The translations under genes were made by a program, and so were the position numbers. From a bacterium (GTDB lineage Bacteria > Hinthialibacterota > Hinthialibacteria > Hinthialibacterales > Hinthialibacteraceae), in NCBI GenBank assembly GCA_016125385.1, contig WGLV01000013.1, positions 26,006-90,005 of the forward strand: a stretch of 64,000 nucleotides of DNA. The letters run 5' to 3'. The notes under the pieces are model-generated. The model saw only the letters and a list, made by a program, of their open reading frames with translations. It was not told where the DNA came from and searched no databases. Of the stretch, positions 17,201 through 26,075 are shown one piece after another (within the stretch, counting starts at the first letter, position 1; every line of letters begins with the position of its first letter).

Positions 17201-18017
17201 GCTGTTGCGCATCCCCGAGCAGGATGGCGTGGCTGAACCCATTCTGGTTGATTTCGCCAGCCGCTTCGCGCCGCTGGGTGAAGTCGGCCCGCACGAGAAA
17301 AAACAGCTCGCGCTCGTCTTTGACGGCGTGGTCCCCTATTTCTATCCGCTGATGCCCAAAATATGGGAGCAGGGCCTGCTGATCCGCCAGGCTGAAATGA
17401 CGTTTAACGACGACCTCACCGCCCAGGTCAGCGGCGATTACGAATTTGGCTACCTGTACGATCAACAGATTCGTCAGGCGCTCACCAATCCCGAAGTCCG
17501 CAACCGGCTCGCCGACGCGCAGACATCGAGCGATTTTCGGGGCATCCAGCTCGACTCCGCCGGATTCGAAGACACCGAAGACCTCGCGAAGACGCCCCGG
17601 CTGGTCTTTAAGGGAACCATGCCCGACGCGGCCAAACCCGACCAGAACGGCTCATTTCACATCGAACCGGTCATCGTTCGGTCTGAGGCTTCCGGACTGG
17701 TCAGCGACGCCACCCGCCAGTTTCCCATCAAGTTCGACGCCAGCCCGGTTCAGGATCATTTTGAAATGCGCTTCGACCTGTCGAACTGGTTGAAACAGGG
17801 CGCGCGGATTCAACTGCCGGATAACGCGCTGCTCATCTCAGACTTCGGCTTTTATTCGCTGTATTTCGCATGGGATGGAGACGACGTCGTCATGAGACGC
17901 TCGTTCCTGATCCCCAGTCAGACCATCGAAACGGACGATTATCCGCGTTTCGTCGAGTTTTGCCGGTCGATCGACCAGATCGAAGACCGGGTGATCCGGG
18001 TTTATCCCGCATCATAA
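14253..18017 (+). CDS. Giant secreted paralog (1254 aa) of the upstream gene: same TPR / beta-sandwich / DUF3857-like / TGase-like layout but the catalytic Cys and His are replaced (predicted pseudo-enzyme)
   Basis: Signal peptide MTMTRVFKLSLTLFAWLASASIAFA. Shares the beta-sandwich module (W-x3-GPF ... VWVNGE) and DUF3857-like block (VIEYAYLQ) with 10342..14244. At the position of GDCKDKAAL it has GRYQKLRLMRHMLSLAG (no Cys), and at the His position it has YPGSLLLRIP. The start lies 8 bp after the upstream stop, so the two genes form an operon. Confidence 0.75.
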   Translation: MTMTRVFKLSLTLFAWLASASIAFASVEDGWRLLLDNRFAEADAAFAAASEHAPNEAALRGRLLAAWARGDDPAAAEALTALIENFPASPCLPAYLAFCSQPNLMGWSHAGREQAVRRALTQTMPAANHARLQFELMQSMEALIDKAAGAAAREAGVIIDEWNVVGPFGRHGAADFFTPFGPEVSWSPIYDGWADRVDIHPVGQADEVGTLDLDGLVYPSEGVAYLINAIESPREQGVELSILSPADVRVWVNGEPLMQKTRLALHSANALSAKTRLKQGKNLIAVKLLRTDGWHLRAQLRPLGGEAVEFHSIPFALTDWRNLYLTPFETTGRLDETCDGLKPDYPFELPSGDSTSQRIENALLRAFWHLDRYELAAARDAAREASAAAPDFVLPYSLMGDIALRQAKDRPGSSSRFQQEAEEAFRAALDRAPNLLPALIGMQTYLLDRDQTDAAMALIDRYPPMQYTGRADYVAGVVYAKKGFTAETAQRFEKARQGFPPSFDVITRLFDYYKANRADKEARELIASGLEIYPSFLSFIQRANQLDEAPSGGADPEPRLKALIEMHPNSPQYAFQLATCYENAGRLDDAMALYGEMQKRFSNHPQVAERIASLNMVRGKRDKALEEYSAIHQTEPLWMEPFRLLRDSGDREFAYQKYDVSLDDVNVEDAQRWKNSRGSSIYLLDIMVLEYHEDGTYDMYVHQAVQVLNQQGVQKWAEVVIPKGPNVEIIKGRTITPDGLEWAVSHVQDLSGQQSLSMYGLEEGGVIEYAYLQRGGRDDPGVRAHTGGYFFGSDDDPMLLSQLTLIAPADLPLNFDRHPVDFDPEISVDNGRKVYVWTNRLQDGLKPERFAPPLAQRVKSVQWTTGADWLTLAERYRASRLGYQEDSDEVRARTDELTKDAGSKHEIIERIYNWIRESIEDSAGGSTTADTVKLKAGGRYQKLRLMRHMLSLAGVKTQMVYALEGEKDDGTHPLPYPAYPGSLLLRIPEQDGVAEPILVDFASRFAPLGEVGPHEKKQLALVFDGVVPYFYPLMPKIWEQGLLIRQAEMTFNDDLTAQVSGDYEFGYLYDQQIRQALTNPEVRNRLADAQTSSDFRGIQLDSAGFEDTEDLAKTPRLVFKGTMPDAAKPDQNGSFHIEPVIVRSEASGLVSDATRQFPIKFDASPVQDHFEMRFDLSNWLKQGARIQLPDNALLISDFGFYSLYFAWDGDDVVMRRSFLIPSQTIETDDYPRFVEFCRSIDQIEDRVIRVYPAS

Positions 18018-18042
18018 CCCGCTTGTTTTTCCCCTGATATTT

Positions 18043-18082
18043 CTTCAGCGCGCACCGGAAACGATGCGCGCTGAAATATTTT
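18043..18082 (+). terminator. Rho-independent terminator after the giant-paralog operon
   Basis: Perfect 11-bp inverted repeat TTCAGCGCGCA / TGCGCGCTGAA with an 11-nt loop, followed by ATATTTT. Confidence 0.6.
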
Positions 18083-18452
18083 CTATTGCACTGCGACGAA
18101 ATCGGTCTATTATATTTTTGATCGCGCAAAGATAGGTAATTTTGTGCTCGTTCACAGGTCGGTTGACGGTTCAAGCTCAGGTTCATACATCAATATCATT
18201 TGAGCATAGACGCCAATCCACCATTTTATATGTTCCACTTGCACCCAGTGCGCAAACTTGACATACAGTGCAACCCATCTCTATTGGCGGAAGGCACAAG
18301 CGAATCAAACAGGAACATTTGAATGAGTATGAAACCTGCTGCGTGAAATCATTTTTCAAATTCTCACGAGCCGGTTTTGCTGTCAGTCAGGCATGATTGA
18401 ATGGCTGTATTTTCTTGTGGCAGTTCTAATGACAGGTGGTTGAACAGTTTTC

Positions 18453-19238
18453 ATGAATCAAGAAGGCGGCATCCCGGGCGAACCACATCGTTCAGAGCCG
18501 AACCGCTCCGCTGAACGGGAGCTGAAGCGTATCGTTGAACTTCAGCGCAACTTTCTGCCCCAGCAATTTCCATCGTACCCCCCTCTTCATTGGGCGGCGA
18601 TGTATCACCCGTCGACCGATGTGGGCGGCGATTATTACGACGTGATTCCCATCGACGAAAACCGATGCGGCGTCGTCATCGCTGACGTGTCTGGACACGG
18701 AGCCTCGGCGGCGGTGGTAATGGCGCTGACCCAGATGGCAGTGAAGGAATTTCTGCCGCAATGCGATGACCCTGGCGAGGCGCTGCTCGTATTGAATCAG
18801 AAACTGAAACGCCACATGCTGCCTCATCATTTCGTCACCATGCTGATCGCCATCGCCGACGTCAGCCGGATGACGCTGTCATACGCTTCCGCCGGACACC
18901 CTCCCATGATCTGCCTTGAACACACCTGCAAATCGGTGAGCTTGCTCGACGTGGAACCGGGCTTCCCCCTCTGCACGCTGCCGGTGTCGTCGTATCCGCG
19001 GTATGAACGCCCGTTGAATTCGGAAGAGATTTACCTGCTCTATACCGACGGCGTGGTCGACACGCCCGATCCGCGAAACCGGTTTTTCGGCGACGACCGG
19101 CTGATGAAAACGTTAAAGAGCCTCGACACCTGCTCGGCTGAATTCGCCGTGCAGCATGTTTTTGAGCAGACGGAACAATACCGCGCCGGCGCCGAGCGCC
19201 TCGATGATTTTTCACTGCTCGCCATGGAGGTGAAGTGA
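18453..19238 (+). CDS. PP2C-type serine phosphatase (SpoIIE/RsbU-like catalytic domain only)
   Basis: 261 aa. Motifs GGDYYDV, ADVSGHGASAA, SAGHPP and YTDGVVD characteristic of the SpoIIE/PP2C phosphatase domain. No sensor or partner domain is present. Confidence 0.8.
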   Translation: MNQEGGIPGEPHRSEPNRSAERELKRIVELQRNFLPQQFPSYPPLHWAAMYHPSTDVGGDYYDVIPIDENRCGVVIADVSGHGASAAVVMALTQMAVKEFLPQCDDPGEALLVLNQKLKRHMLPHHFVTMLIAIADVSRMTLSYASAGHPPMICLEHTCKSVSLLDVEPGFPLCTLPVSSYPRYERPLNSEEIYLLYTDGVVDTPDPRNRFFGDDRLMKTLKSLDTCSAEFAVQHVFEQTEQYRAGAERLDDFSLLAMEVK

Positions 19239-19261
19239 TCCGTTGCCGCGAGGACGCGGTC

Positions 19262-20347
19262 TTATTTTTTGTATTCCGGCGTAAACTTCACTCCCGGCAA
19301 GACCGGTTCAATCAGCGGAATCACCGTCTGGGCGAACAACGACTCGCTCACGTCATGCCCCACCGTCACCACCGCGAGCCCTTTCTCACTGGCGTACCAC
19401 ATGTCGTGATACCCCGCCTCGCCGGTTAAAAACGCGTCAACGCCCAGCCCCGCCGCCAGCGGAATCAACGAACCGCCGCTGCCCGTACAGATCGCGATCC
19501 GTTTCACGCCGCGTTTAGCGTTAGGTCGCACCCCGCCCAGAGTGGGGGCGATCGGCGTCGCCTTCATGAGCGCGTCTTCAAATTGAGACCACGTGAGCCG
19601 TTGCGCGAATTCCGCGATCCACACCGCCTGGCTGAGGTCGCGCACGTCTTCCATCGAATAGAGATCGTACGCGGGTTCTTCGTATGGATGAGCGCGCCAC
19701 AGCGCGTTGATCACCGCCGATTTTCGCCCGGCGGGCAACACCATTTCGAGGCGTTCTTCCTCGACGCGCTCATGCCGGCCCGCTTCGCCGGTGAACGGAT
19801 TGCTGAGCATCGATCCGCGAAACGTGCCGGTTCCGGGCGTCTCAAACGAACACATTTCGTATTCGCCGATCACGCCCGCGCCCGCCTGCGCGAGCGCGGT
19901 TCTCACCGCGCCGGTATGGCTGCGCGGCGTAAACGTGACGATCTTCAGCAACCCGGCCTGAGGTTTAGACAGCAGCGGCTCGGCGGAAACGCAGCCCAGC
20001 CTTTCCGCCCAGATTTTCGCCATGCCCTCGGGATGAAGATCGACGTTGGTATGCGCGGCGTACAGCGCGGTCTCGCGGCGGATCAGTTCCCGCGCGATAC
20101 GCTGGACCGGGTCGCTGGATACGATGCGCTTGAGCGGCCGGTAGATCAGCGGATGGTGAACGAACAGCAGGTCGGCGCGCGTACGGAACACGCGCTTCAA
20201 CAGCGCCGATGACGCCTCCAGTGCAACGAAAACGCGCTCGACCTCCTGCCCCGGGTCGCCCAGATGAAGGCCGACCGGATCGTTGGGCAGCGCCCAGGCG
20301 GGCGGAAACACGCTTTCAATGGCTTGAACGATCTGGTGAAGTTTCAT
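19262..20347 (-). CDS. Nif3-family dinuclear metal-centre protein (YqfO/GTP cyclohydrolase 1 type 2 homolog)
   Basis: 361 aa. N-terminal ...DPVGLHLGDP...LFVHHPLIY and C-terminal ...AICTGSGGS...GEAGYHDMWYA...TVGHDVSE are typical of Nif3 proteins, with the inserted central domain seen in the YqfO subfamily. Confidence 0.8.
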   Translation of the reverse strand: MKLHQIVQAIESVFPPAWALPNDPVGLHLGDPGQEVERVFVALEASSALLKRVFRTRADLLFVHHPLIYRPLKRIVSSDPVQRIARELIRRETALYAAHTNVDLHPEGMAKIWAERLGCVSAEPLLSKPQAGLLKIVTFTPRSHTGAVRTALAQAGAGVIGEYEMCSFETPGTGTFRGSMLSNPFTGEAGRHERVEEERLEMVLPAGRKSAVINALWRAHPYEEPAYDLYSMEDVRDLSQAVWIAEFAQRLTWSQFEDALMKATPIAPTLGGVRPNAKRGVKRIAICTGSGGSLIPLAAGLGVDAFLTGEAGYHDMWYASEKGLAVVTVGHDVSESLFAQTVIPLIEPVLPGVKFTPEYKK

Positions 20348-20461
20348 GAGAGACCTCCCGTGTGAATCGTGAGCCCACAGAAATGAGAGTATAGAGCGGT
20401 TGTCAAAAACAGGTTCGTATCGAACCCTGGTATAATCGGTCCAAAATAGAACGACGCGGGT

Positions 20462-21343
20462 TTAATGCAGCGCGTACCTGCGGTATTCCAGCGTTTTTTC
20501 AACGAATTGACAGGGCCTGTCGCCCAGATGGGGGTGCGTCGGCTCGGCGCCGGCCAGCCGGTCGATGTACGACATCCAGTCTCGTTGAGTGAGGCCCGCC
20601 AGCCAATCGTCCCAATGCTGGTGCGGAAGCGGAAAACAGGCGAACCCTCTATCGAGAGGCCGGGCGAGATACGCGCGAAAGATTTCACGCCCCTCCGCCA
20701 ACACGCCCATCTTCGCCGCGAACGGACAATCGAGCGTCACATCGAGCAGAGTGGTTTCAGGCCAGGGCAGACGGTCGCGGTTATGCAGAAACAGCCCGCC
20801 CGCGCTGTGCATTGTGGAGCGTTTGTATATATAGAGCCGTGCGCCGGGATAACGTTGAAAAAATTCGCGGATGACGCCCGAATTGAGCGCGGCTTCTTTC
20901 ACGCGGCAATCTTCTTCAAGCGTCAGAGTCACCGGTTCGGGCGCGGCGGCGGGATGAGAATGGATAAACAGCGTCAGCATGGGAAGAAACAGGCAGGGCG
21001 CCGCCAGCACGCCAGCCAGCGGCAGGGGAATCCATCCCTGCAGATGGGCGAGGCTGGTCACCGCCGCGAACAGCGAAACGCCCATCAGCGTGAGATCGAA
21101 CGACCTTGACGCGGGCCGCCGTGCGGCGCGCGCCGCGATCCGGTTCAGCCGGTTGACGCCCAGTCCGGCGATCGCCGTCAGCGAGATCAGCCCGGCGATC
21201 GACAGACAGACTGACAACAGCGCGTCACGGGCGCGGGGATCGGCCGCCGCCCCCTCATCAGGCAGGATGAACCCTCCGATCAATACCAGTAATCCGGCCC
21301 AAAGCATGATTACCCGCGTTTTGGCAACAGAGCGCCCCGGCAC
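20462..21343 (-). CDS. Hypothetical polytopic membrane protein
   Basis: 293-aa ORF with several hydrophobic helices and no recognisable motif. The 5' end overlaps the upstream M16 peptidase gene by ~34 bp, so the true start may be an internal Met. Confidence 0.4.
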   Translation of the reverse strand: MPGRSVAKTRVIMLWAGLLVLIGGFILPDEGAAADPRARDALLSVCLSIAGLISLTAIAGLGVNRLNRIAARAARRPASRSFDLTLMGVSLFAAVTSLAHLQGWIPLPLAGVLAAPCLFLPMLTLFIHSHPAAAPEPVTLTLEEDCRVKEAALNSGVIREFFQRYPGARLYIYKRSTMHSAGGLFLHNRDRLPWPETTLLDVTLDCPFAAKMGVLAEGREIFRAYLARPLDRGFACFPLPHQHWDDWLAGLTQRDWMSYIDRLAGAEPTHPHLGDRPCQFVEKTLEYRRYALH

Positions 21344-22632
21344 CGCCGCGAGGGCGTCAGATGCGCATCGTACGCCCGCTGGATCGACTCGATATCGACT
21401 TCATCGAGCCGCTCCAGATAATGAATGGCGTGTTCGATGTCGGCGGCGACCCGGCTGTAGCCGTAGGTATGCGCCATCGACGAGATTTTTTCGTTGGAAA
21501 ATGAAAAATCGGCGCGCTCCATGCTCTTCACTTTTTCCAGTTCATCGAGCGTGATTCCATCGCGCACACGGTCGAGCTCCTCCTGCATGACCTGCTCGAC
21601 CCGGTCGATCTTATCGGCGTCGGTCGCGGCTTCCATGATGAAAAGAGTCGCGTTTTTGAGGCCCCAGGCCGAACAGCTGACGCTGGAAGCGATGCCCAGT
21701 TCATCGATAAGCCGCCGGTGCAGCCGCGACGACCGCCCCTCGCCGAGCAGGGTGGATAGCAAGTCAAGCGAGTATTCATCCGGCGTGCCAAGCGTGCGGG
21801 GCGCGGGGTATCCGATGAGCAGGTAAGCCTGATTGACGTCACGCCGCAGTTCGACATTGACGGGCGCTTCGATCAGCGGCCACTCGGCCGTTTCATCTTC
21901 AAACGGTTCGCTTGTTTCTCCGCCCATAATTTCACCCAGCGCGTCTTCCACTTCAGCGAGTGAAAAGTCGCCCGCCAGCGATAACGTCGTGTTCCGGGGG
22001 TGATAGCGTTTGCGCTGGTAATCCTGAAACACGCCCTGGTCGATGGTTTGCAGCGAATCGACCGTTCCCAGCACCTTGCGCTGATAGCGGTTGTTGGCGA
22101 AAGCCGCCTCGATGAATTCGTCGTAAATCTTCGCCCAGGGATTATCTTCGTGCCGCTTGATCTCTTCGACGATCACGGCTCGCTCGCGCTCGATTTCTTC
22201 GGGATCAAACAGCGGATGGAGCAGTGAATCGGCCATCACCTCAAGCGCCGCCCGCCAGCCCGCGCTGGGCAACACCACGTAGTAATGAGTGTAATCGAGC
22301 GAGGTCGCCGCGTTGTTATAGCCGCCCAGCGAAGTGATGATGCGATCCATCACGCCCACGCCGTGCTTTTCGGTGCCTTTAAAGAACATGTGTTCGTAAA
22401 AATGAGAGAGACCGAAATGGGGCTCGGGATCGTGGATGGCGCCGGTGTGGATCCAGAAGTCGAGAGTGACGATGGGAGCGCTGCGGACTTCTTTGTGAAT
22501 CAGGGTAAAACCGCTGGGCAGTTGTTTTTCGGTATACGGCAGAAGCGGGTTTCCATTACGAACCGGTTTCGTCATTAGGGTAAACGGGTGTCCTGTTTCA
22601 GTTTTTTTTAGTACAAACGCCAGGGCTTTCAA
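21310..22632 (-). CDS. M16-family (pitrilysin/insulinase-type) zinc peptidase
   Basis: 440 aa. Inverted zinc-binding motif HxxEH (LSHFYEHMFFKGT), the downstream Glu region (EEIKRHEDNP), and typical two-domain M16 architecture. Confidence 0.8.
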   Translation of the reverse strand: MKALAFVLKKTETGHPFTLMTKPVRNGNPLLPYTEKQLPSGFTLIHKEVRSAPIVTLDFWIHTGAIHDPEPHFGLSHFYEHMFFKGTEKHGVGVMDRIITSLGGYNNAATSLDYTHYYVVLPSAGWRAALEVMADSLLHPLFDPEEIERERAVIVEEIKRHEDNPWAKIYDEFIEAAFANNRYQRKVLGTVDSLQTIDQGVFQDYQRKRYHPRNTTLSLAGDFSLAEVEDALGEIMGGETSEPFEDETAEWPLIEAPVNVELRRDVNQAYLLIGYPAPRTLGTPDEYSLDLLSTLLGEGRSSRLHRRLIDELGIASSVSCSAWGLKNATLFIMEAATDADKIDRVEQVMQEELDRVRDGITLDELEKVKSMERADFSFSNEKISSMAHTYGYSRVAADIEHAIHYLERLDEVDIESIQRAYDAHLTPSRRCRGALLPKRG

Positions 22633-22700
22633 CCAGCCGCGCCGTCGTTCATCCAGTATATTTCATCGCGCCCGGTTCGAGTAGTCGCGAACCGAAGCGT

Positions 22701-24083
22701 TCAGCCCAGCACGTTCGCCATCGCGTCTTCAATCGCGTCGATGACGAAGTCGATCTCATCCGGCGTTGTGATCAGCGGCGGAATGAACACCAGCGTATTG
22801 CCCAATGGACGCAGCCACACGCCGCGTTCCCGCAACGCGAAACACACTTTCGCGCCCATTTTATCTTCAATGGGGTACGCCTCGGCGCGCGCGCGGCTTT
22901 TGACGAGGTCGATCCCCGCGATCAGCCCCAGATGGTGGATGTCGCCCACGCGATCGCTCTGGTCATACAACGCGTCGAGGCGCGCTTCGAGCCGGGCGGC
23001 GGCGGGTTTCATACGCTCAAGCGAACGGTCGCTTTCGAACAGATCGAGGCTGGCCAGCGCCGCCGCGCACGCCAGCTGGTTGCCGGTGTAGGAATGCCCG
23101 TGGAAAAACGCGCGAAATTCGTGGTATCCACCCAGAAAGGCGTCGTAGATCTTCTGAATCGCCAGCGTGGCCGCCAGCGGCAGGTAGCCGCCGCTGATGC
23201 CCTTGGCCAGCGTCATCAGATCGGGCGTGATTCCTTCCAGTTCACAGGCGAACATCGATCCGGTGCGGCCGAAGCCGGTGAAGACTTCATCACAGATCAA
23301 CAGGATTTCATATTCATCGCACAGGCGGCGCAGGTCTTTCAGAAAGCCCGGCGCCTGGGTGCGGATGCCCGAAGCGCCCTGCACCACCGGCTCGATGATG
23401 ACCGCCGCGCACTCGCCCGCGCGCCGTTTCAGTTCCGCCTCCACCGCCTCCAGCGATCGCGACGCGACGGCGGCGGGGCCTTCAGGGTTGGCGTATTTTG
23501 AATACACCGGGTACGGTACGGCATGCGTCTCGAACAGCAGCGGTTTGAATAATCCGTGAAACAGGCCGATGCCGCCCACGCTGACGCTGCCCAGCGTGTC
23601 GCCGTGGTACGATTCTTTAAACGTGATGAACGAACAGCGCTTCATATCGGGCGATTGCTTTTGCCGCCAGTACTGAAACGCCATTTTGAGCGCCACCTCC
23701 ACCGCCGTGGAGCCGTTGTCTGAATAAAACACTTTGCTCAAACCGTCCGGCGCGAGATCGATCAGCCGTCTGGCCAGTTCCGACGCGGGGACGTTGGCGG
23801 GCCCCAGCATCGTCGAGTGAGCGAGACGCGAGGCCTGATGCTCTATGGCTTGGTTGATTTCGGGCCGCGCGTGGCCATGAAGATTAACCCATAGCGACGA
23901 GTTTCCGTCGAAATAACGCTTCCCGTGAATGTCGTACAGATACGCGCCCTCACCGCGCGCGAACATGAGGGTGGGTTCTTCCACATAGTCGCGCATCTGG
24001 GTGAACGGATGCCACACGTATTGCTTGTCCCAGGCTTCAAGCTCAGCGGGATTTTTAATGAAATCTACAGAATTTTCGGCCAT
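22701..24083 (-). CDS. bioA: Adenosylmethionine-8-amino-7-oxononanoate aminotransferase
   Basis: 460 aa. N-terminal DKQYVWHPFTQM...GEGAYLYD, and the class III PLP-aminotransferase core with the PLP-lysine region. Overlaps bioD by 19 bp in an operon. Confidence 0.9.
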   Translation of the reverse strand: MAENSVDFIKNPAELEAWDKQYVWHPFTQMRDYVEEPTLMFARGEGAYLYDIHGKRYFDGNSSLWVNLHGHARPEINQAIEHQASRLAHSTMLGPANVPASELARRLIDLAPDGLSKVFYSDNGSTAVEVALKMAFQYWRQKQSPDMKRCSFITFKESYHGDTLGSVSVGGIGLFHGLFKPLLFETHAVPYPVYSKYANPEGPAAVASRSLEAVEAELKRRAGECAAVIIEPVVQGASGIRTQAPGFLKDLRRLCDEYEILLICDEVFTGFGRTGSMFACELEGITPDLMTLAKGISGGYLPLAATLAIQKIYDAFLGGYHEFRAFFHGHSYTGNQLACAAALASLDLFESDRSLERMKPAAARLEARLDALYDQSDRVGDIHHLGLIAGIDLVKSRARAEAYPIEDKMGAKVCFALRERGVWLRPLGNTLVFIPPLITTPDEIDFVIDAIEDAMANVLG

Positions 24084-24772
24084 TCAATCCGTCCTTCAAT
24101 CTGGTCCCACAGATCGCCGCGGCGGGCGCGCTCAAACAGCGCGGGTTCGAGATACGGAATCGTCCCCAGACGATCCACTCCGCCCAGCCGGACGATGGTT
24201 TCCATGTTATCGTTCAGAATATCCGCGTCGCCGCCCGGTTGGGGATGGGTAAAGATCACCCCCGCCAGCGCGCAACCGCGCGCGCGGATCGACTCGATGG
24301 TCAACAGTGTATGGTTGATCGCGCCGAGTTGATTGGCGGCGGCCAGTATCACCGGCCATTTCAGATCACGAGCCAGATCGGCGGCGAGATAATTCCGGTT
24401 GATGGGGACCAGCCATCCGCCGATCCCTTCCGCCAGAACGCATTCATAACGCCGCGTAAACGAACGGATATGCGCGAAAATCGCGTCAGGATCGATCGAT
24501 GCGCCTTCCAGTTCGGCGGCCAGGTGCGGTGAAGCGGGGCGCTGAAACGTCACCGCCGAAAGCGCGCCCGGTTTCAGGCCGGTATCACACAACCGCAGGT
24601 AAAACAGCGCGTCTTCTGAAACCCGCTCACCATCATGCCATATCGCGCCGCTCGCCACCGGCTTGATCGGGACGCACTCCACGCCCAGACGCCGCATTCC
24701 AAACGCGAGCAACGCGGTGACGACGGTCTTGCCCACTTCCGTCCCCGTCCCGGTAATGAAGTAATGATTCAT
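24065..24772 (-). CDS. bioD: Dethiobiotin synthetase
   Basis: 235 aa. N-terminal P-loop FITGTGTEVGKT, diagnostic of BioD. Confidence 0.85.
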   Translation of the reverse strand: MNHYFITGTGTEVGKTVVTALLAFGMRRLGVECVPIKPVASGAIWHDGERVSEDALFYLRLCDTGLKPGALSAVTFQRPASPHLAAELEGASIDPDAIFAHIRSFTRRYECVLAEGIGGWLVPINRNYLAADLARDLKWPVILAAANQLGAINHTLLTIESIRARGCALAGVIFTHPQPGGDADILNDNMETIVRLGGVDRLGTIPYLEPALFERARRGDLWDQIEGRIEWPKIL

Positions 24773-24947
24773 GAACGCCTCTTGCGGTTCCGAATACCTC
24801 TAACGCAATGGTTGCTGGTACACGGTACCGCGACGGAGCCAGGTTTCAAACCCGCACTTTCAGCCCGCAACGCCGCTTTTTCGAAAAGGCCAGACGCCCT
24901 CCGTTGCAGCAACCACCGGTATCGCCCGGTTGATCCAATCCCTGAAA

Positions 24948-26075
24948 CTAGCCACGCCCGCTGGCCGCTGCGTCTCGGATGGCGAAGGCGGGGACGCGTT
25001 CCTGAAACAGTTTCCAGCCTTCTTTGGGGCGGCCCCGATCGTCGAACAGCCCCAATGTTTCAAGAAACGAGGCGAACCGCTTAACGTTGGGGATGCGGTA
25101 GTATTCTTCAAATTGTTTGATCAGCGAATCGGGAAAATCGGACATCAGAAAAAAATTCACGCCGATGAACCGATCTGGATTCAGCGCGGTCAGGTTTAAC
25201 ACATGCGCGATAAAACTCGCCTGGTTGCGCTCGGATGAGCGGTTCAACTCTGACGAGCTGTAGCCCGCTTCCTGCAGAAGAATTTTTTTTGATCCCGCGA
25301 ACTGGAACATGCGCTTGAAGTCACCTTCAACGCAACCGGGCGGGCGAAAGGTAAAATCTCCCCGCATGGGATAATAGGTCATCGCGATAAATTCGCTCTG
25401 GTCCACAAAATCCGTCATCGACCGTTCGACGAATTCCAGCCCGCCAAACGTGATGGTTGCGCTGACCTGAATATCGGGCCGGATCGTCTGGATCCGCTCC
25501 CGGGCCTGCGCGACGATTTGCGTAAACCGGCCCGTGTCGCCGGGATGTTCCTTGAGATACGAATCGACCTCATTACCGATCATGATGTATTTAACGCTGG
25601 CGCCGCAATGGGGCAACATGGCGTCGATCAGGCTCATCATGCGCGTTTCCAGCGTGGCGTCGTTGATGGCCACCCCCGCCATGCCGGATGGAACCAGCAA
25701 GTTATTGGTATCGACCCAGCGCAGGTTGTACGCAACGGGCATATCCCGTTCGTCGCCGATCCGGCTCCAGACGTCGAGGTCATGAAAGCGATATTCGCCG
25801 GGCGCGGGTTCCATATCAGGCCAGGTCGCGTTTTTGTCGCCGAGTATGGAGATGCCCGCCTCGTATGCCATTTCAAACTTTGCCAGCCGGTTTTCATCGG
25901 TTATCGCTTCATTGGCGAACGGATTGACGTTGAGACCAATACGGACAGGCGAAGCAGGCTCGATCGGTTCAGGAATCGGCGCGGCGTATTTGGCGTGTTT
26001 GTACCACGGCGACAACACGTAACCGATCGCCAGCAGAAAAGCGATCGCGAAGATCATCCGCGCACGTTTCATCAT
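24948..26075 (-). CDS. Membrane-anchored glycoside hydrolase, clan GH-A (TIM barrel) type
   Basis: 375 aa. N-terminal TM helix. Candidate acid/base Glu in IMIGNEVD and candidate nucleophile Glu in LLQEAGYSS, the classic GH-A arrangement. The family is not assignable by eye. Confidence 0.55.
   Translation of the reverse strand: MMKRARMIFAIAFLLAIGYVLSPWYKHAKYAAPIPEPIEPASPVRIGLNVNPFANEAITDENRLAKFEMAYEAGISILGDKNATWPDMEPAPGEYRFHDLDVWSRIGDERDMPVAYNLRWVDTNNLLVPSGMAGVAINDATLETRMMSLIDAMLPHCGASVKYIMIGNEVDSYLKEHPGDTGRFTQIVAQARERIQTIRPDIQVSATITFGGLEFVERSMTDFVDQSEFIAMTYYPMRGDFTFRPPGCVEGDFKRMFQFAGSKKILLQEAGYSSSELNRSSERNQASFIAHVLNLTALNPDRFIGVNFFLMSDFPDSLIKQFEEYYRIPNVKRFASFLETLGLFDDRGRPKEGWKLFQERVPAFAIRDAAASGRG

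Noticed and set aside
19583-20212. 209-aa plus-strand ORF
   Set aside because: Antisense to the well-supported Nif3-family gene.
20344-20688. 114-aa minus-strand ORF
   Set aside because: Overlaps the 3' part of the 293-aa membrane-protein ORF in another frame and has no features. It is considered spurious.
22932-23559. Plus-strand ORFs of 189 and 120 aa
   Set aside because: Antisense to bioA, which is identified with high confidence.
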